A stretch of 60,695 nucleotides of DNA, counting the filler. It is 3 parts of 3 records of this genome, joined end to end, with 100 filler letters (N's around TTAATTAATTAA, not from the genome) between each part and the next. Parts side by side here need not be neighbours in the genome. Positions count along the whole stretch, not along the records: positions 1 to 28,834 come from SRR2962707_2244; positions 28,935 to 44,603 come from SRR2962707_2251; 1 more part is not named here. One strand, given 5' to 3'. Every line of letters starts with the position of its first letter. The first letter of the stretch is position 1. The position numbers were made by a program, and so were the translations under genes. Shown piece by piece: positions 20,153 to 29,658 of the stretch. A model generated the notes under the pieces. The model was given only the letters and a program-made list of their open reading frames with translations. It was not told where the DNA came from and did not search any database.

Positions 20153-22825
20153 ATGGGTGAATTAGCCAAAGAAATTATTCCCGTCAGTATCGAAAACGAA
20201 CTAAAGGGTTCCTACCTAGATTACGCAATGAGTGTAATCGTTGGGCGTGCATTACCAGACGTACGAGATGGTTTAAAGCCCGTCCACCGTCGTGTTTTGT
20301 TCGCAATGAATGAACTGAAAAACGATTGGAATAAACCGTACAAAAAATCCGCGCGTATCGTCGGTGATGTAATCGGTAAGTACCATCCACATGGTGATGT
20401 GGCTGTTTACGACACTATTGTTCGTATGGCGCAACCTTTCTCCATGCGTTACACCTTGGTGGATGGACAAGGTAACTTCGGTTCTGTCGATGGCGATAGC
20501 GCCGCCGCAATGCGTTATACCGAAATTCGTATGGCCAAAATCGCCCATCATTTATTGATGGATCTTGAAAAAGAAACGGTCGATTTTGTTCCTAACTACG
20601 ATGGCACTGAATTTATGCCATCGGTTATGCCTTCCCGAGTACCAGGCTTATTAGTGAATGGTTCTGCCGGTATTGCGGTGGGCATGGCAACGAACATTCC
20701 TCCTCACAATTTAGGTGAAGTAATCGATGGCTGCTTAGCGGTTATTGATAATGCTGACATTACTGTTGATGAGTTGATGGAGCATGTTCCTGGTCCAGAT
20801 TTTCCGACAGCGGCCTTTATTAATGGTCGTGCCGGTATTGTGGAGGCCTATAAAACAGGTCGCGGTCGTATTTACATGCGCGCCCGTCACCACTTTGAAG
20901 ACATGGAAAAGGGCAATCGCCAAGCCATCGTCTTTACTGAGATTCCTTATCAGTTAAACAAAGCGAAAGTCATTGAAAAAATCGCTGAGCTGGTAAAAGA
21001 GAAAAAATTAGAAGGGATTAGTGAGTTGCGTGATGAGTCTGATAAAGACGGCATGCGCATTGTGATTGAACTGCGTCGCGGTGAAAACCCAGACGTAGTG
21101 GTGAATAATATTTTCACTCAAACACAACTCCAATCTGTTTTTGGTATCAATATGGTGGCCTTAGTCGATGGCCGTCCACAATTGCTTAACCTGAAACAAA
21201 TCCTTGAATGCTTTGTCAAACACCGTCGTGAAGTGGTGACTCGTCGTACTATCTTCGAGCTTCGCAAAGCGCGTGAGCGTGGTCACATTCTTGAAGGTTT
21301 GGCGGTGTCTCTTGCCAACATCGATCGCGTTATCGAGTTGATCAGAATGTCGCCAACCTCGGCGGAAGCAAAAGAAAGAATTGTTGCTGAATCTTGGCAG
21401 CCAGGCAATGTGATGGCGATGTTAGAACGCGCGGGTTCTGATGCTTGTCGTCCTGATGATCTGGATGCGCAATATGGTTTTGTGGATGGTGCTTACCACC
21501 TTTCTCCAGACCAAGCGCAAGCGATTCTGGATTTGCGTTTGCACCGTTTAACGGGCTTAGAGCACGAAAAACTCATGGCGGAGTACAAAGCGCTGATTGA
21601 GTTGATCGCTGAACTATTGGAAATCTTGTCTAACCCTGATCGTTTGATGGAAGTCATTCGTGAAGAGCTAGAAGAAGTTCGTGATTCGTTTGGTGATGTG
21701 CGTCGTACTGAAATCTTAACGTCTCGTCAAGATTTGACGATTGCGGATTTGATTGATGAAGCGCCTATGGTTGTGACGATTTCGGATACCGGTTATGCGA
21801 AATCTCAACCATTAGAAGAATACAAAGCTCAGCGCCGAGGCGGTCGCGGTAAATCTGCGTCAGCCATGAAAGACGAAGACCATATTAGCCATCTATTAGT
21901 AACAAGCAGTCACGATACTGTGATGCTGTTTACTAACTTTGGTAAAGTGTATTGGTTGCGCGTGTTTGAAATTCCAACGGCCAGCCGTAACTCGAAAGGC
22001 CGTCCGATTGTAAACTTGTTGCCGTTTGCAGAAGGTGAACATGTTTCGGCTTTATTGCCATTAACAACACCGGAAAAATCAGACGCGGATGCAGAAGTGG
22101 ATGAAGAGGCTCAAGAAGCCAGCAGCTACATCTTCATGGCAACGGCCAACGGTACTGTTAAGAAAACCGCAATGGAGCACTTTGCTCGCCCTCGTTCAAC
22201 GGGTCTGATTGCCTTGAGTCTAGATGACAGTGATGCTCTTGTGGGTGTTGCTCAAACGACTGGCAACGATGACATTATGTTGGTATCGAGCTCTGGTAAA
22301 ACGATTCGCTTCTCTGAAGGCGACGTGCGTGCCATGGGTCGTACCGCCGCCGGTGTTCGTGGTATTCGTTTAGGCGAAGACGCAAAAGTGGTTTCTTTGA
22401 TCGTTCCTCAAGAAGGCGCTGCCGTCTTGATGGCGTGTGAAAATGGTTATGGTAAACGTACTTCGATCGATGACTTCCCAGTCTACGGTCGTGGTGGTCA
22501 AGGGGTTATCGGTATCCAGGTCTCTGAGCGTAATGGCCCAGTGGTTGGTGCGACTCAAGTAGACGAAACGGATGAGATTATCTTGATCACAGATCAAGGA
22601 ACCTTGGTTCGTACGCGAGTCACCGAAGTGTCTTGTCAAGGTCGAAACACACAAGGTGTTACCTTGATTCGCTTAACAAACGATGAGCACCTAGTGGGTG
22701 TGGTTCGTGTTGTTGAAGACGATGAAGGTGATGTGGAAGACGGCGAGGAGCTTGGAGCAGATGAGGCGGCAGCGCCGACTACTGCTTCTGGTGAGACGCC
22801 TGATACCACCGAAGACGAAGAGTAA
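20153..22825 (+). CDS. gyrA: DNA gyrase subunit A
   Basis: [14 protein letters not shown], GyrA-box QRRGGRG, acidic C-terminal tail. Confidence 0.98.
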   Translation: MGELAKEIIPVSIENELKGSYLDYAMSVIVGRALPDVRDGLKPVHRRVLFAMNELKNDWNKPYKKSARIVGDVIGKYHPHGDVAVYDTIVRMAQPFSMRYTLVDGQGNFGSVDGDSAAAMRYTEIRMAKIAHHLLMDLEKETVDFVPNYDGTEFMPSVMPSRVPGLLVNGSAGIAVGMATNIPPHNLGEVIDGCLAVIDNADITVDELMEHVPGPDFPTAAFINGRAGIVEAYKTGRGRIYMRARHHFEDMEKGNRQAIVFTEIPYQLNKAKVIEKIAELVKEKKLEGISELRDESDKDGMRIVIELRRGENPDVVVNNIFTQTQLQSVFGINMVALVDGRPQLLNLKQILECFVKHRREVVTRRTIFELRKARERGHILEGLAVSLANIDRVIELIRMSPTSAEAKERIVAESWQPGNVMAMLERAGSDACRPDDLDAQYGFVDGAYHLSPDQAQAILDLRLHRLTGLEHEKLMAEYKALIELIAELLEILSNPDRLMEVIREELEEVRDSFGDVRRTEILTSRQDLTIADLIDEAPMVVTISDTGYAKSQPLEEYKAQRRGGRGKSASAMKDEDHISHLLVTSSHDTVMLFTNFGKVYWLRVFEIPTASRNSKGRPIVNLLPFAEGEHVSALLPLTTPEKSDADAEVDEEAQEASSYIFMATANGTVKKTAMEHFARPRSTGLIALSLDDSDALVGVAQTTGNDDIMLVSSSGKTIRFSEGDVRAMGRTAAGVRGIRLGEDAKVVSLIVPQEGAAVLMACENGYGKRTSIDDFPVYGRGGQGVIGIQVSERNGPVVGATQVDETDEIILITDQGTLVRTRVTEVSCQGRNTQGVTLIRLTNDEHLVGVVRVVEDDEGDVEDGEELGADEAAAPTTASGETPDTTEDEE

Positions 22826-22828
22826 TAA

Positions 22829-22860
22829 GAGCGGCGCACCTTGGTGCGTCGCTTTTGTTT
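22829..22860 (+). terminator. Intrinsic terminator after gyrA
   Basis: AGCGGCGCACC-TT-GGTGCGTCGCT followed by TTTGTTT. Confidence 0.75.
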
Positions 22861-22895
22861 AAGTTAGATCCTGGATACTAGAGGTAAAAAACAGG

Positions 22896-23975
22896 ATGAG
22901 CCGAGTTTATAATTTTTGTTCTGGTCCAGCTGCACTCCCTGAAGAAGTTCTAAAGAAAGCGCAGTCTGAATTGTTGGATTGGCATGGCGCTGGCGTTTCC
23001 GTGATGGAAATGAGCCATCGTAGTGCTGAGTTCATGTCTATTCTTGCTTCGGCGAAAGCGCGTCTGGCGCGTTTGCTGGATATTAGTGATGACTATGAAA
23101 TCTTGTTTGCACAGGGTGGTGCGTCTACCTTGTTTGCACAGATTCCGGCCAACCTAATGAATGGTTTTGACTCGGCTTGTTACTTGGATACGGGCGCTTG
23201 GTCCACCAAGGCGATTAAAGAAGCGAAAAAATACGGCCAGATCAATGTGGTTGCGTCTTCTAAAGCGCAGAATTACCAAACTGTGCCAGCATTTTCTTCT
23301 TTTGATTTGGATGAAAACGCGGCGTACTTGCATTTGTGCCCGAATGAAACCATTGGTGGCTTGGAATTTTCCGAGTTGCCTGAAACCTCGTTGCCGATTG
23401 TGGCGGATTTATCGTCGACGATTTTGTCTCGTAAAATAGACGTCAGCAAATACGGCATGATTTACGCGGGTGCCCAGAAGAATGTTGGACCTGCGGGTGT
23501 GGTGATTTGTATTGTGCGTAAAGACTTGTTGGCGCGCAGTGCGGAGACTTTACCGACGACGTGGAATTTTGCGACCTTGGCGAAAAACGACTCCATGATC
23601 AACACGCCACCTACCTTCGCAATTTACTTGGCGGATTTGGTGTTTGAGTGGTTGGAAAATCAAGGTGGCGTAGAAGCCATTGAGCAAGCCAATATTCGTA
23701 AGGCCGAAGCACTGTATCGTGCGATTGACGAAAGCAGCTTCTATTCTAATCCGATTGACCCAGCTTACCGTTCACGCATGAATGTGCCTTTTGTGTTGGC
23801 GGACGACTCTCTTGAAGCGTTGTTTTTGGAAGAATCAGAAGCGGCAGGCTTGAGAACCTTAGCAGGGCATCGCTCTGTGGGCGGAATGCGCGCGAGTATC
23901 TACAATGCGATGCCGATGGAAGGGGTACAAGCCTTGATCGACTTCATGCATTCTTTTGAGCAGCGTCACGGATAA
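22896..23975 (+). CDS. serC: Phosphoserine aminotransferase
   Basis: YNFCSGPA, YAGAQKNVGPAG, GHRSVGGMRASIYNAMP. Confidence 0.97.
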   Translation: MSRVYNFCSGPAALPEEVLKKAQSELLDWHGAGVSVMEMSHRSAEFMSILASAKARLARLLDISDDYEILFAQGGASTLFAQIPANLMNGFDSACYLDTGAWSTKAIKEAKKYGQINVVASSKAQNYQTVPAFSSFDLDENAAYLHLCPNETIGGLEFSELPETSLPIVADLSSTILSRKIDVSKYGMIYAGAQKNVGPAGVVICIVRKDLLARSAETLPTTWNFATLAKNDSMINTPPTFAIYLADLVFEWLENQGGVEAIEQANIRKAEALYRAIDESSFYSNPIDPAYRSRMNVPFVLADDSLEALFLEESEAAGLRTLAGHRSVGGMRASIYNAMPMEGVQALIDFMHSFEQRHG

Positions 23976-23980
23976 TTATT

Positions 23981-25102
23981 ATGGCAAATACGAAACAGTC
24001 TGTGCCTGAAACATTGCCTTTGCTGAGAGATCGGATCGATTCCATTGACTCGCAAATTCAGGCTTTGATAAATGAGCGGGCGCAGTGTGCTCAAAAAGTA
24101 GCGGAAGTAAAGCTGGCTGAGCAAGGCGGCGATGCCGTGGTGTTTTATCGTCCAGAGCGTGAAGCTCAAGTGTTGCGTCGCGTGATGGAGCGTAATGAAG
24201 GGCCGCTTGGCAACGAAGAGATGGCGAAGATCTTTCGCCAAATAATGTCTTCTTGTTTGGCGCTGGAAAAACCGATGCGCATTGCGTTTTTAGGACCGGA
24301 AGGGACCTTTACGCAACAGGCGGCGCTGAAGCATTTTGGTAAATCCATTGTTAGTGCGCCGATGGCCGCGATAGACGAAGTGTTTCGCGAGGTGGAATCG
24401 GGGGCCGCCAATTATGGAGTGGTGCCGGTAGAAAACTCCACCGAGGGTGTGGTAAATCACACCTTAGACAGCTTTCGAGATTCGCAGTTGAAAATCTGTG
24501 GGGAAGTGGAAGTGCGTATTCATCACCATTTATTGGTGAGTCCACACAGTAATGCTGACGAAGTAACGCATATCTATTCACATCAACAATCCTTGGCGCA
24601 ATGCCGTGCTTGGCTGGATCGTTACTGGCCGCATGCTGAGCGTGTGGCGGTGAGTTCTAATGCTGAAGCGGCGCGTCTTGCTGCTGAGGCGGGCAAAAAC
24701 GGTCGCGCAGTGGCTGCCATTGCTGGCGAAGTAGCCTGTGAATTGTATGGTCTTATGACGGTGTCTGCCAATATTGAAGATCGTCCTGATAACACGACGC
24801 GCTTTTTGATTGTTGGTAATCAAGATGTGCCGGCAAGTGGTAAGGACAAGACTTCCTTGTTGATCAGTGCGAAAAACGAGCCGGGTGCTTTGTATCGCTT
24901 GTTGGAAGCGTTTGAGCGCCATGGTGTTGATATGACGCGTCTTGAAACACGACCTTCGTTAATGAGTCGTTGGGGTTATATCTTTTACATAGACTTTGTC
25001 GGCCATTATCAAGATGAAGCCTGTCAGGCGGTTATTGCAGAGTTGAGAGGGCGAGCTTCTGAAGTGAAGGTGCTTGGCTCTTACCCGGTTGCCGTTCTTT
25101 AG
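23981..25102 (+). CDS. pheA: Chorismate mutase/prephenate dehydratase (P-protein)
   Basis: AroQ N-terminus (LRDRIDSID), GPEGTFT, PVENSTEG, NTTRF, ACT domain. Confidence 0.96.
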   Translation: MANTKQSVPETLPLLRDRIDSIDSQIQALINERAQCAQKVAEVKLAEQGGDAVVFYRPEREAQVLRRVMERNEGPLGNEEMAKIFRQIMSSCLALEKPMRIAFLGPEGTFTQQAALKHFGKSIVSAPMAAIDEVFREVESGAANYGVVPVENSTEGVVNHTLDSFRDSQLKICGEVEVRIHHHLLVSPHSNADEVTHIYSHQQSLAQCRAWLDRYWPHAERVAVSSNAEAARLAAEAGKNGRAVAAIAGEVACELYGLMTVSANIEDRPDNTTRFLIVGNQDVPASGKDKTSLLISAKNEPGALYRLLEAFERHGVDMTRLETRPSLMSRWGYIFYIDFVGHYQDEACQAVIAELRGRASEVKVLGSYPVAVL

Positions 25103-25110
25103 TCTAATAA

Positions 25111-27363
25111 TTGGTGTTGTTTGTGAATAAAAATGACTCAGAAAACGTGCTCGACTCTCAGCGAGAGGGAAAGCCGTTCGGTAATGTGTTGATTGTTGGT
25201 CTGGGCATGATTGGCGGGTCTTTCGCCAAAGCGCTAAAAGAAAAAGGCTTAGCCACTCTTTACGGTGCCGACCGTAGAGAGGGCGAGTTGGCGTTAGGGG
25301 TGTCGACAGGTGTGATTGATTACCCTGCCGCCTTGACGGCAGAATACATTGCGCACATGGATGTGATTGTCTTAGCGACCCCAGTTAGGGCGATGGAATC
25401 TGTGTTATTAGAAATACAGCCGCATTTGAAAGACACGACCTTGCTGACGGATGTGGGTTCCACAAAAGGCAGCGTGGTGAGTGCGGCTAAAAAAGTATTT
25501 GGTGAAGTGCCTGCTAATTTTATCCCGAGTCACCCTATTGCTGGTGCGGAAAAAAGCGGTGTGTTGGCGGCCAATTCCCAGTTGTTTGAAAAGCACATGG
25601 CGATTGTGACTCCCTTGGTCGACAGTAATCCGGCGCTGCTGGATCGTTTGCATCAATTGTGGTCCGCTGTGGGCTCGGATGTGGTGAGCATGGATGTGGA
25701 ACATCACGATCATGTGCTTGCGTCTTCCAGTCATTTGCCGCATTTATTGGCGTATACCTTGGTGGATGCGCTGGCGAACAGTGATCGAAGTCAGGATGTG
25801 TTTAAATTCGCAGCAGGCGGTTTTCGTGATTTCACTCGTATTGCCTCCAGTGATCCTGTTATGTGGCGTGATGTCTTCTTATCTAATAAAGAAGCAACAC
25901 TGGCAACGTTAGATCATTTTACTGAGCGTTTAGCGGTGATGAGAACGGCCATTGAGCAGGGTGATGGCGCCAGTATGTTTGGTGTTTTTACTCGGGCGAA
26001 ATCCGCTCGTGATCATTTTCTTCGTTTGTTGGAACAGCGAACCTCTGCTGTTCCCAAAGAAGTTCGTCCGGTTTCTATTAGTGTTGCTCCCGCGTCTTCC
26101 ATAAAAGGCCGTGTTTCTTTATCCGGCGACAAGTCTTTGTCACATAAAGCGATTACGCTAGCTTGTCTTGCTCATGGGGTGAGCCATTTACGCAACGTCG
26201 ATCTAACCGGTGATGTTCGTGTTACGGTTCAGGCCTTTCGAGATATGGGGGTGGTGATTGAAGAGGTGGCTGCAGACCAATTGCGTGTTCATGGGGTTGG
26301 CTTAAAAGGGCTAAAAGCACCAATAGCGCCGATTAATGTGCATCAGTCTAGTGTGAGTTTGCATTTGCTGTTGCCAGTGTTGGCTGGACAGGATTTCCCC
26401 GTTACCTTGGTCGGTGAAGGGGCATTATTGAACCAACCGATGAAGGCGTTGTTTAACTTGGTGCGCTCTATGGGGGGTCATGTAATGACCGCCACAGCGG
26501 ACTGCTTGCCTGTTTCTTTGGCGCCATCCACCTCTCAGCGAGTGTCCTTGGTGTTAAACAGTGGCTCGAAAAGGCTTCATGCTGCCGCGCTGCTGGCCAT
26601 GTTGTATTCCCCAGAAGGCGCCGAGTTACAGGCGTGCAAATATGGTGTGTCACAGGTGAAGGCCTTGTTTTCCTGCTTCGGTTTGGATGTTTCGCTTAAC
26701 GGTAGTGTTGTCAGCCTTATGCCTGCAACGCCTCAAGGGGCGGACATTGAACTGCCCGGAGACGTTAACCAAACCGCGTGGTTGACGCTGTCTGCCGTAT
26801 TGTCCCCAGGGTCTAGGTTGGCCATAGAGAATGCGTTTGTCGGTGAAATGGCGTCGCCTTATGTGTCTTTTTTGCAAAGCATTGGCGCCAACATTCGAGT
26901 TGCAGAGCAGCAATTGGCAGGATTTGAGGTCGGTAAACTGGATGTGTCATTTGCGCCCTTGTCTTGTTTTGAGTTAGCGGCGGCGGATGTTTATGGTTTA
27001 CGCAATGAGTTAGCGTTTGTGTGTGTTGCGGCGGCTTATGCCTCCGGAGTGAGTGTTATTCGAGGCTTATCGGATCTGCCATATTATTATGAAGATCGAA
27101 TTTTGTCTTTGGTGGACGCGCTGACACATTTTGGCATCGTTTGTGAATACAGCTCAGGCAACTTGTCGATCACTGGTGGGGTTCCGCTTGGTGGTGAGGT
27201 TGATTGTGCTGGTGATTATCGTTTGGCATTGGCTATGTTGGCGCTGGGGCTGCGTAGCCGAGAAGTGACCAAGGTGAATGATTGCCAAAAATTATTAGAA
27301 GAGTTTACTGAGTTAGGGAGTGTTGCGGCGCAGTTGGGTTTTCACTGTGCAGTAGTGCAATAG
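25111..27363 (+). CDS. Prephenate/cyclohexadienyl dehydrogenase fused to a degenerate EPSP-synthase (AroA) domain
   Basis: The N-terminal TyrA motifs are intact (GLGMIGGS, DVGSTK, HPIAGAE, SHLPHL, GGFRDFTRIA). The C-terminal half has the AroA layout with active-site motifs altered. Confidence 0.9.
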   Translation: MVLFVNKNDSENVLDSQREGKPFGNVLIVGLGMIGGSFAKALKEKGLATLYGADRREGELALGVSTGVIDYPAALTAEYIAHMDVIVLATPVRAMESVLLEIQPHLKDTTLLTDVGSTKGSVVSAAKKVFGEVPANFIPSHPIAGAEKSGVLAANSQLFEKHMAIVTPLVDSNPALLDRLHQLWSAVGSDVVSMDVEHHDHVLASSSHLPHLLAYTLVDALANSDRSQDVFKFAAGGFRDFTRIASSDPVMWRDVFLSNKEATLATLDHFTERLAVMRTAIEQGDGASMFGVFTRAKSARDHFLRLLEQRTSAVPKEVRPVSISVAPASSIKGRVSLSGDKSLSHKAITLACLAHGVSHLRNVDLTGDVRVTVQAFRDMGVVIEEVAADQLRVHGVGLKGLKAPIAPINVHQSSVSLHLLLPVLAGQDFPVTLVGEGALLNQPMKALFNLVRSMGGHVMTATADCLPVSLAPSTSQRVSLVLNSGSKRLHAAALLAMLYSPEGAELQACKYGVSQVKALFSCFGLDVSLNGSVVSLMPATPQGADIELPGDVNQTAWLTLSAVLSPGSRLAIENAFVGEMASPYVSFLQSIGANIRVAEQQLAGFEVGKLDVSFAPLSCFELAAADVYGLRNELAFVCVAAAYASGVSVIRGLSDLPYYYEDRILSLVDALTHFGIVCEYSSGNLSITGGVPLGGEVDCAGDYRLALAMLALGLRSREVTKVNDCQKLLEEFTELGSVAAQLGFHCAVVQ

Positions 27364-27375
27364 AAATTAAGAGGA

Positions 27376-28065
27376 ATGTTTATGATAAATCAAGCTCCAG
27401 TCATCGCGATTGATGGTCCAAGTGGTGCCGGTAAAGGCACTGTCAGTCAGTTGGTCGCAGAGAAGCTGGGATGGCATTTGCTTGATAGTGGTGCGCTGTA
27501 CCGTTTGTTGGCGTTGGCGGTGTCTCATCATGGGATGTCAGTAGAAGACGCGGACACGCTGAAAGTGTTGGCTGAACATTTAGATATTCAGTTCGAGCAA
27601 TCAGAAGAAAGTAAAGTCGAAATCGTGTTAGAGGGTGAGATCGTCACTCAAGCGATCAGAACCGAAGAAGTAGGGCACAATGCGTCCAAACTAGCGGCGA
27701 TTCCTGAAGTGCGTGAGGGTTTGTTGTTGCGTCAGCGCGCTTTTGCTCAAGCACCAGGATTAGTGGCAGATGGTCGAGATATGGGCACTGTTGTGTTCCC
27801 GAATGCGCCCATTAAGATTTTCTTAACCGCGTCTGCAGAAGAGCGTGCCCAGCGCCGCTTACTTCAATTGCAACAAAAAGGTGAGGCGGTTAATCTAGAA
27901 GAATTGGTACAATCTATTAAAGAAAGAGATGAGCGCGATGCGAATCGAGCCATAGCGCCGCTTGTTCCAGCCGCTGGTGCGCTGGTTATTGATAGTACAG
28001 ATCTTTCTATTGAAGAGGTTGTTGAGATCGTTTTTGCTGAATCAGTGAAGGCTGGTCTGATATAG
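27376..28065 (+). CDS. cmk: Cytidylate kinase
   Basis: [30 protein letters not shown]. Confidence 0.97.
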   Translation: MFMINQAPVIAIDGPSGAGKGTVSQLVAEKLGWHLLDSGALYRLLALAVSHHGMSVEDADTLKVLAEHLDIQFEQSEESKVEIVLEGEIVTQAIRTEEVGHNASKLAAIPEVREGLLLRQRAFAQAPGLVADGRDMGTVVFPNAPIKIFLTASAEERAQRRLLQLQQKGEAVNLEELVQSIKERDERDANRAIAPLVPAAGALVIDSTDLSIEEVVEIVFAESVKAGLI

Positions 28066-28119
28066 CCTGTTCTTTTGTGCGTGTAAAATGTGCTAGAATA
28101 GTCTAAATGTTATTCAAGT

Positions 28120-28210
28120 CGGTGGGAGACCAGCAACGCTTCCATCGCAATAATCATAAAAATTGACCCGTATTTGCTGGTAATACGGATAAGACCAAAA
28201 TTTTTTGGTC
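28120..28210 (+). promoter_or_regulatory. Structured rpsA 5' leader (three hairpins with loop-loop complementarity)
   Basis: Hairpins at 28120-28147, 28168-28188 and 28193-28210. ACCAGCAA in loop 1 is the reverse complement of TTGCTGGT at hairpin 2. Confidence 0.6.
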
Positions 28211-28228
28211 AACTATATAGGAAATACA

Positions 28229-28834
28229 ATGACTCAAAGCTTCGCAGAACTGTTTGAAGAAAGCCTGTTAACCGTCGAAATGGCGCCAGGCTCAATTGTT
28301 ACTGGTATTGTTGTTGATATTGACAGCGAATGGGTAACTGTTCATGCAGGTCTTAAATCTGAAGGCGTAATTCCTCGTGCTCAGTTCCTAACGGAAAGTG
28401 GTGAGTTCAATGTTAACATCGGCGACGAAGTTAAAGTTGCACTTGACGCTGTTGAAGATGGTTTCGGTGAGACTAAATTGTCTCGTGAAAAAGCGAAACG
28501 TGCTGAAACTTGGGCTGTTCTTGAAAAAGCCTACGAAGAAGGCGCCATCGTCAATGGTGTTATCAATGGTAAAGTCAAAGGTGGCTTCACAGTTGATATC
28601 GCAAACATCCGTGCTTTCTTGCCAGGTTCTTTGGTAGATGTTCGCCCAATCCGCGACACGTCTCACCTAGAAGGTGTGGATCTAGAGTTCAAACTTATCA
28701 AGCTTGATCAAAAACGTAACAACGTTGTTGTATCTCGTCGTGCCGTTATGGAAGCGACTAACAGCGCTGAACGCGAAACACTACTTGCTTCTCTAGAAGA
28801 AGGCCAAGAAGTTAAAGGTATCGTTAAGAACCTT
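28229..28834 (+). CDS. rpsA: 30S ribosomal protein S1 (3'-truncated at the contig end)
   Basis: [28 protein letters not shown]; follows cmk. Confidence 0.97.
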
Positions 28835-28934
28835 NNNNNNNNNNNNNNNNNNNNNNNNNNNNNNNNNNNNNNNNNNNNTTAATTAATTAANNNNNNNNNN
28901 NNNNNNNNNNNNNNNNNNNNNNNNNNNNNNNNNN
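28835..28934. other. Artificial contig spacer
   Basis: N44-TTAATTAATTAA-N44 (stop codons in all six frames); genes are cut on both sides. Confidence 0.97.
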
Positions 28935-29387
28935 GGCAAGAAGGAAATGTACATTCCGTACAACTCCTACAAGCTGGTGGATCGCGACCTGAGCTACGAT
29001 GAAATCATCAAAGCCGGACACATCAATCAGGATCTGACCCGTTACGAGTTGCACCGGGTGTGGCACGTACGTGCGACCCTGAAGGACGGTGAGCGGCATG
29101 TATACGCCCAGCGTGACTTCTACATTGATGAAGACTCCTGGCAGGCAGCGGTTATCGATCACTACGATGGCCGTGGCGAGCTCTGGCGTGTCGCTGAAGC
29201 CCACTCAATGCAGTTCTACGATCAGAACGTGCCCTGGTACGCGATCGAAGTACTGTACGATCTGCTCTCCGGCCGTTACCTGGCTCTTGGCCTGACCAAC
29301 GAAGAGAACCAGCCGTACACTTTCGGTGTCGAGCGTCAGTCACGGGATTACACGCCGGCGGCTCTGCGTCGCGCTGGAACCCGTTAA
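28935..29387 (+). CDS. DUF1329 family protein, C-terminal fragment
   Basis: GKKEMYIPYN, RYELHRVW.V.ATLK, DEDSWQ, YDGRGELWR, YTPAALRR. Confidence 0.88.
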   Translation, partial: GKKEMYIPYNSYKLVDRDLSYDEIIKAGHINQDLTRYELHRVWHVRATLKDGERHVYAQRDFYIDEDSWQAAVIDHYDGRGELWRVAEAHSMQFYDQNVPWYAIEVLYDLLSGRYLALGLTNEENQPYTFGVERQSRDYTPAALRRAGTR

Positions 29388-29411
29388 TAGCAGCGTTTCA
29401 CCGCTGTCAGG

Positions 29412-29442
29412 AAAAGCGAGCCTTTATGGCTCGCTTTTTTTT
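29412..29442 (+). terminator. Intrinsic terminator after DUF1329
   Basis: AAAAGCGAGCC-TTTAT-GGCTCGC-TTTTTTTT. Confidence 0.9.
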
Positions 29443-29658
29443 GGGCCGTTGGTAAGTGTCTCCGCGTTAAAAAATCGCCTCTAACCTCTTTTTTCCCCGT
29501 CAATTTTTTGCAGCAAGCACCTGCTTTGGTTTAACCTCTCCCTCAAGATTCATACTAAAGGCGTACCCCATGCAGGACGCCATGCCGTTTTCGGCCTAAG
29601 CAAGACTCTTATTTTCCGGTTTGGGCGTTCGTCCGGCCGGTTTCAAACGGGGCAGTGC

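Noticed and set aside
22060..22130. Acidic insertion in the GyrA C-terminal domain
   Set aside because: Similar acidic inserts occur in Pseudomonas-type GyrA; it is too short and lacks intein features.
28835..28934. TTAATTAATTAA palindrome flanked by Ns, repeated at 44604-44703
   Set aside because: It is an artificial six-frame-stop contig linker, not a biological repeat or att site.
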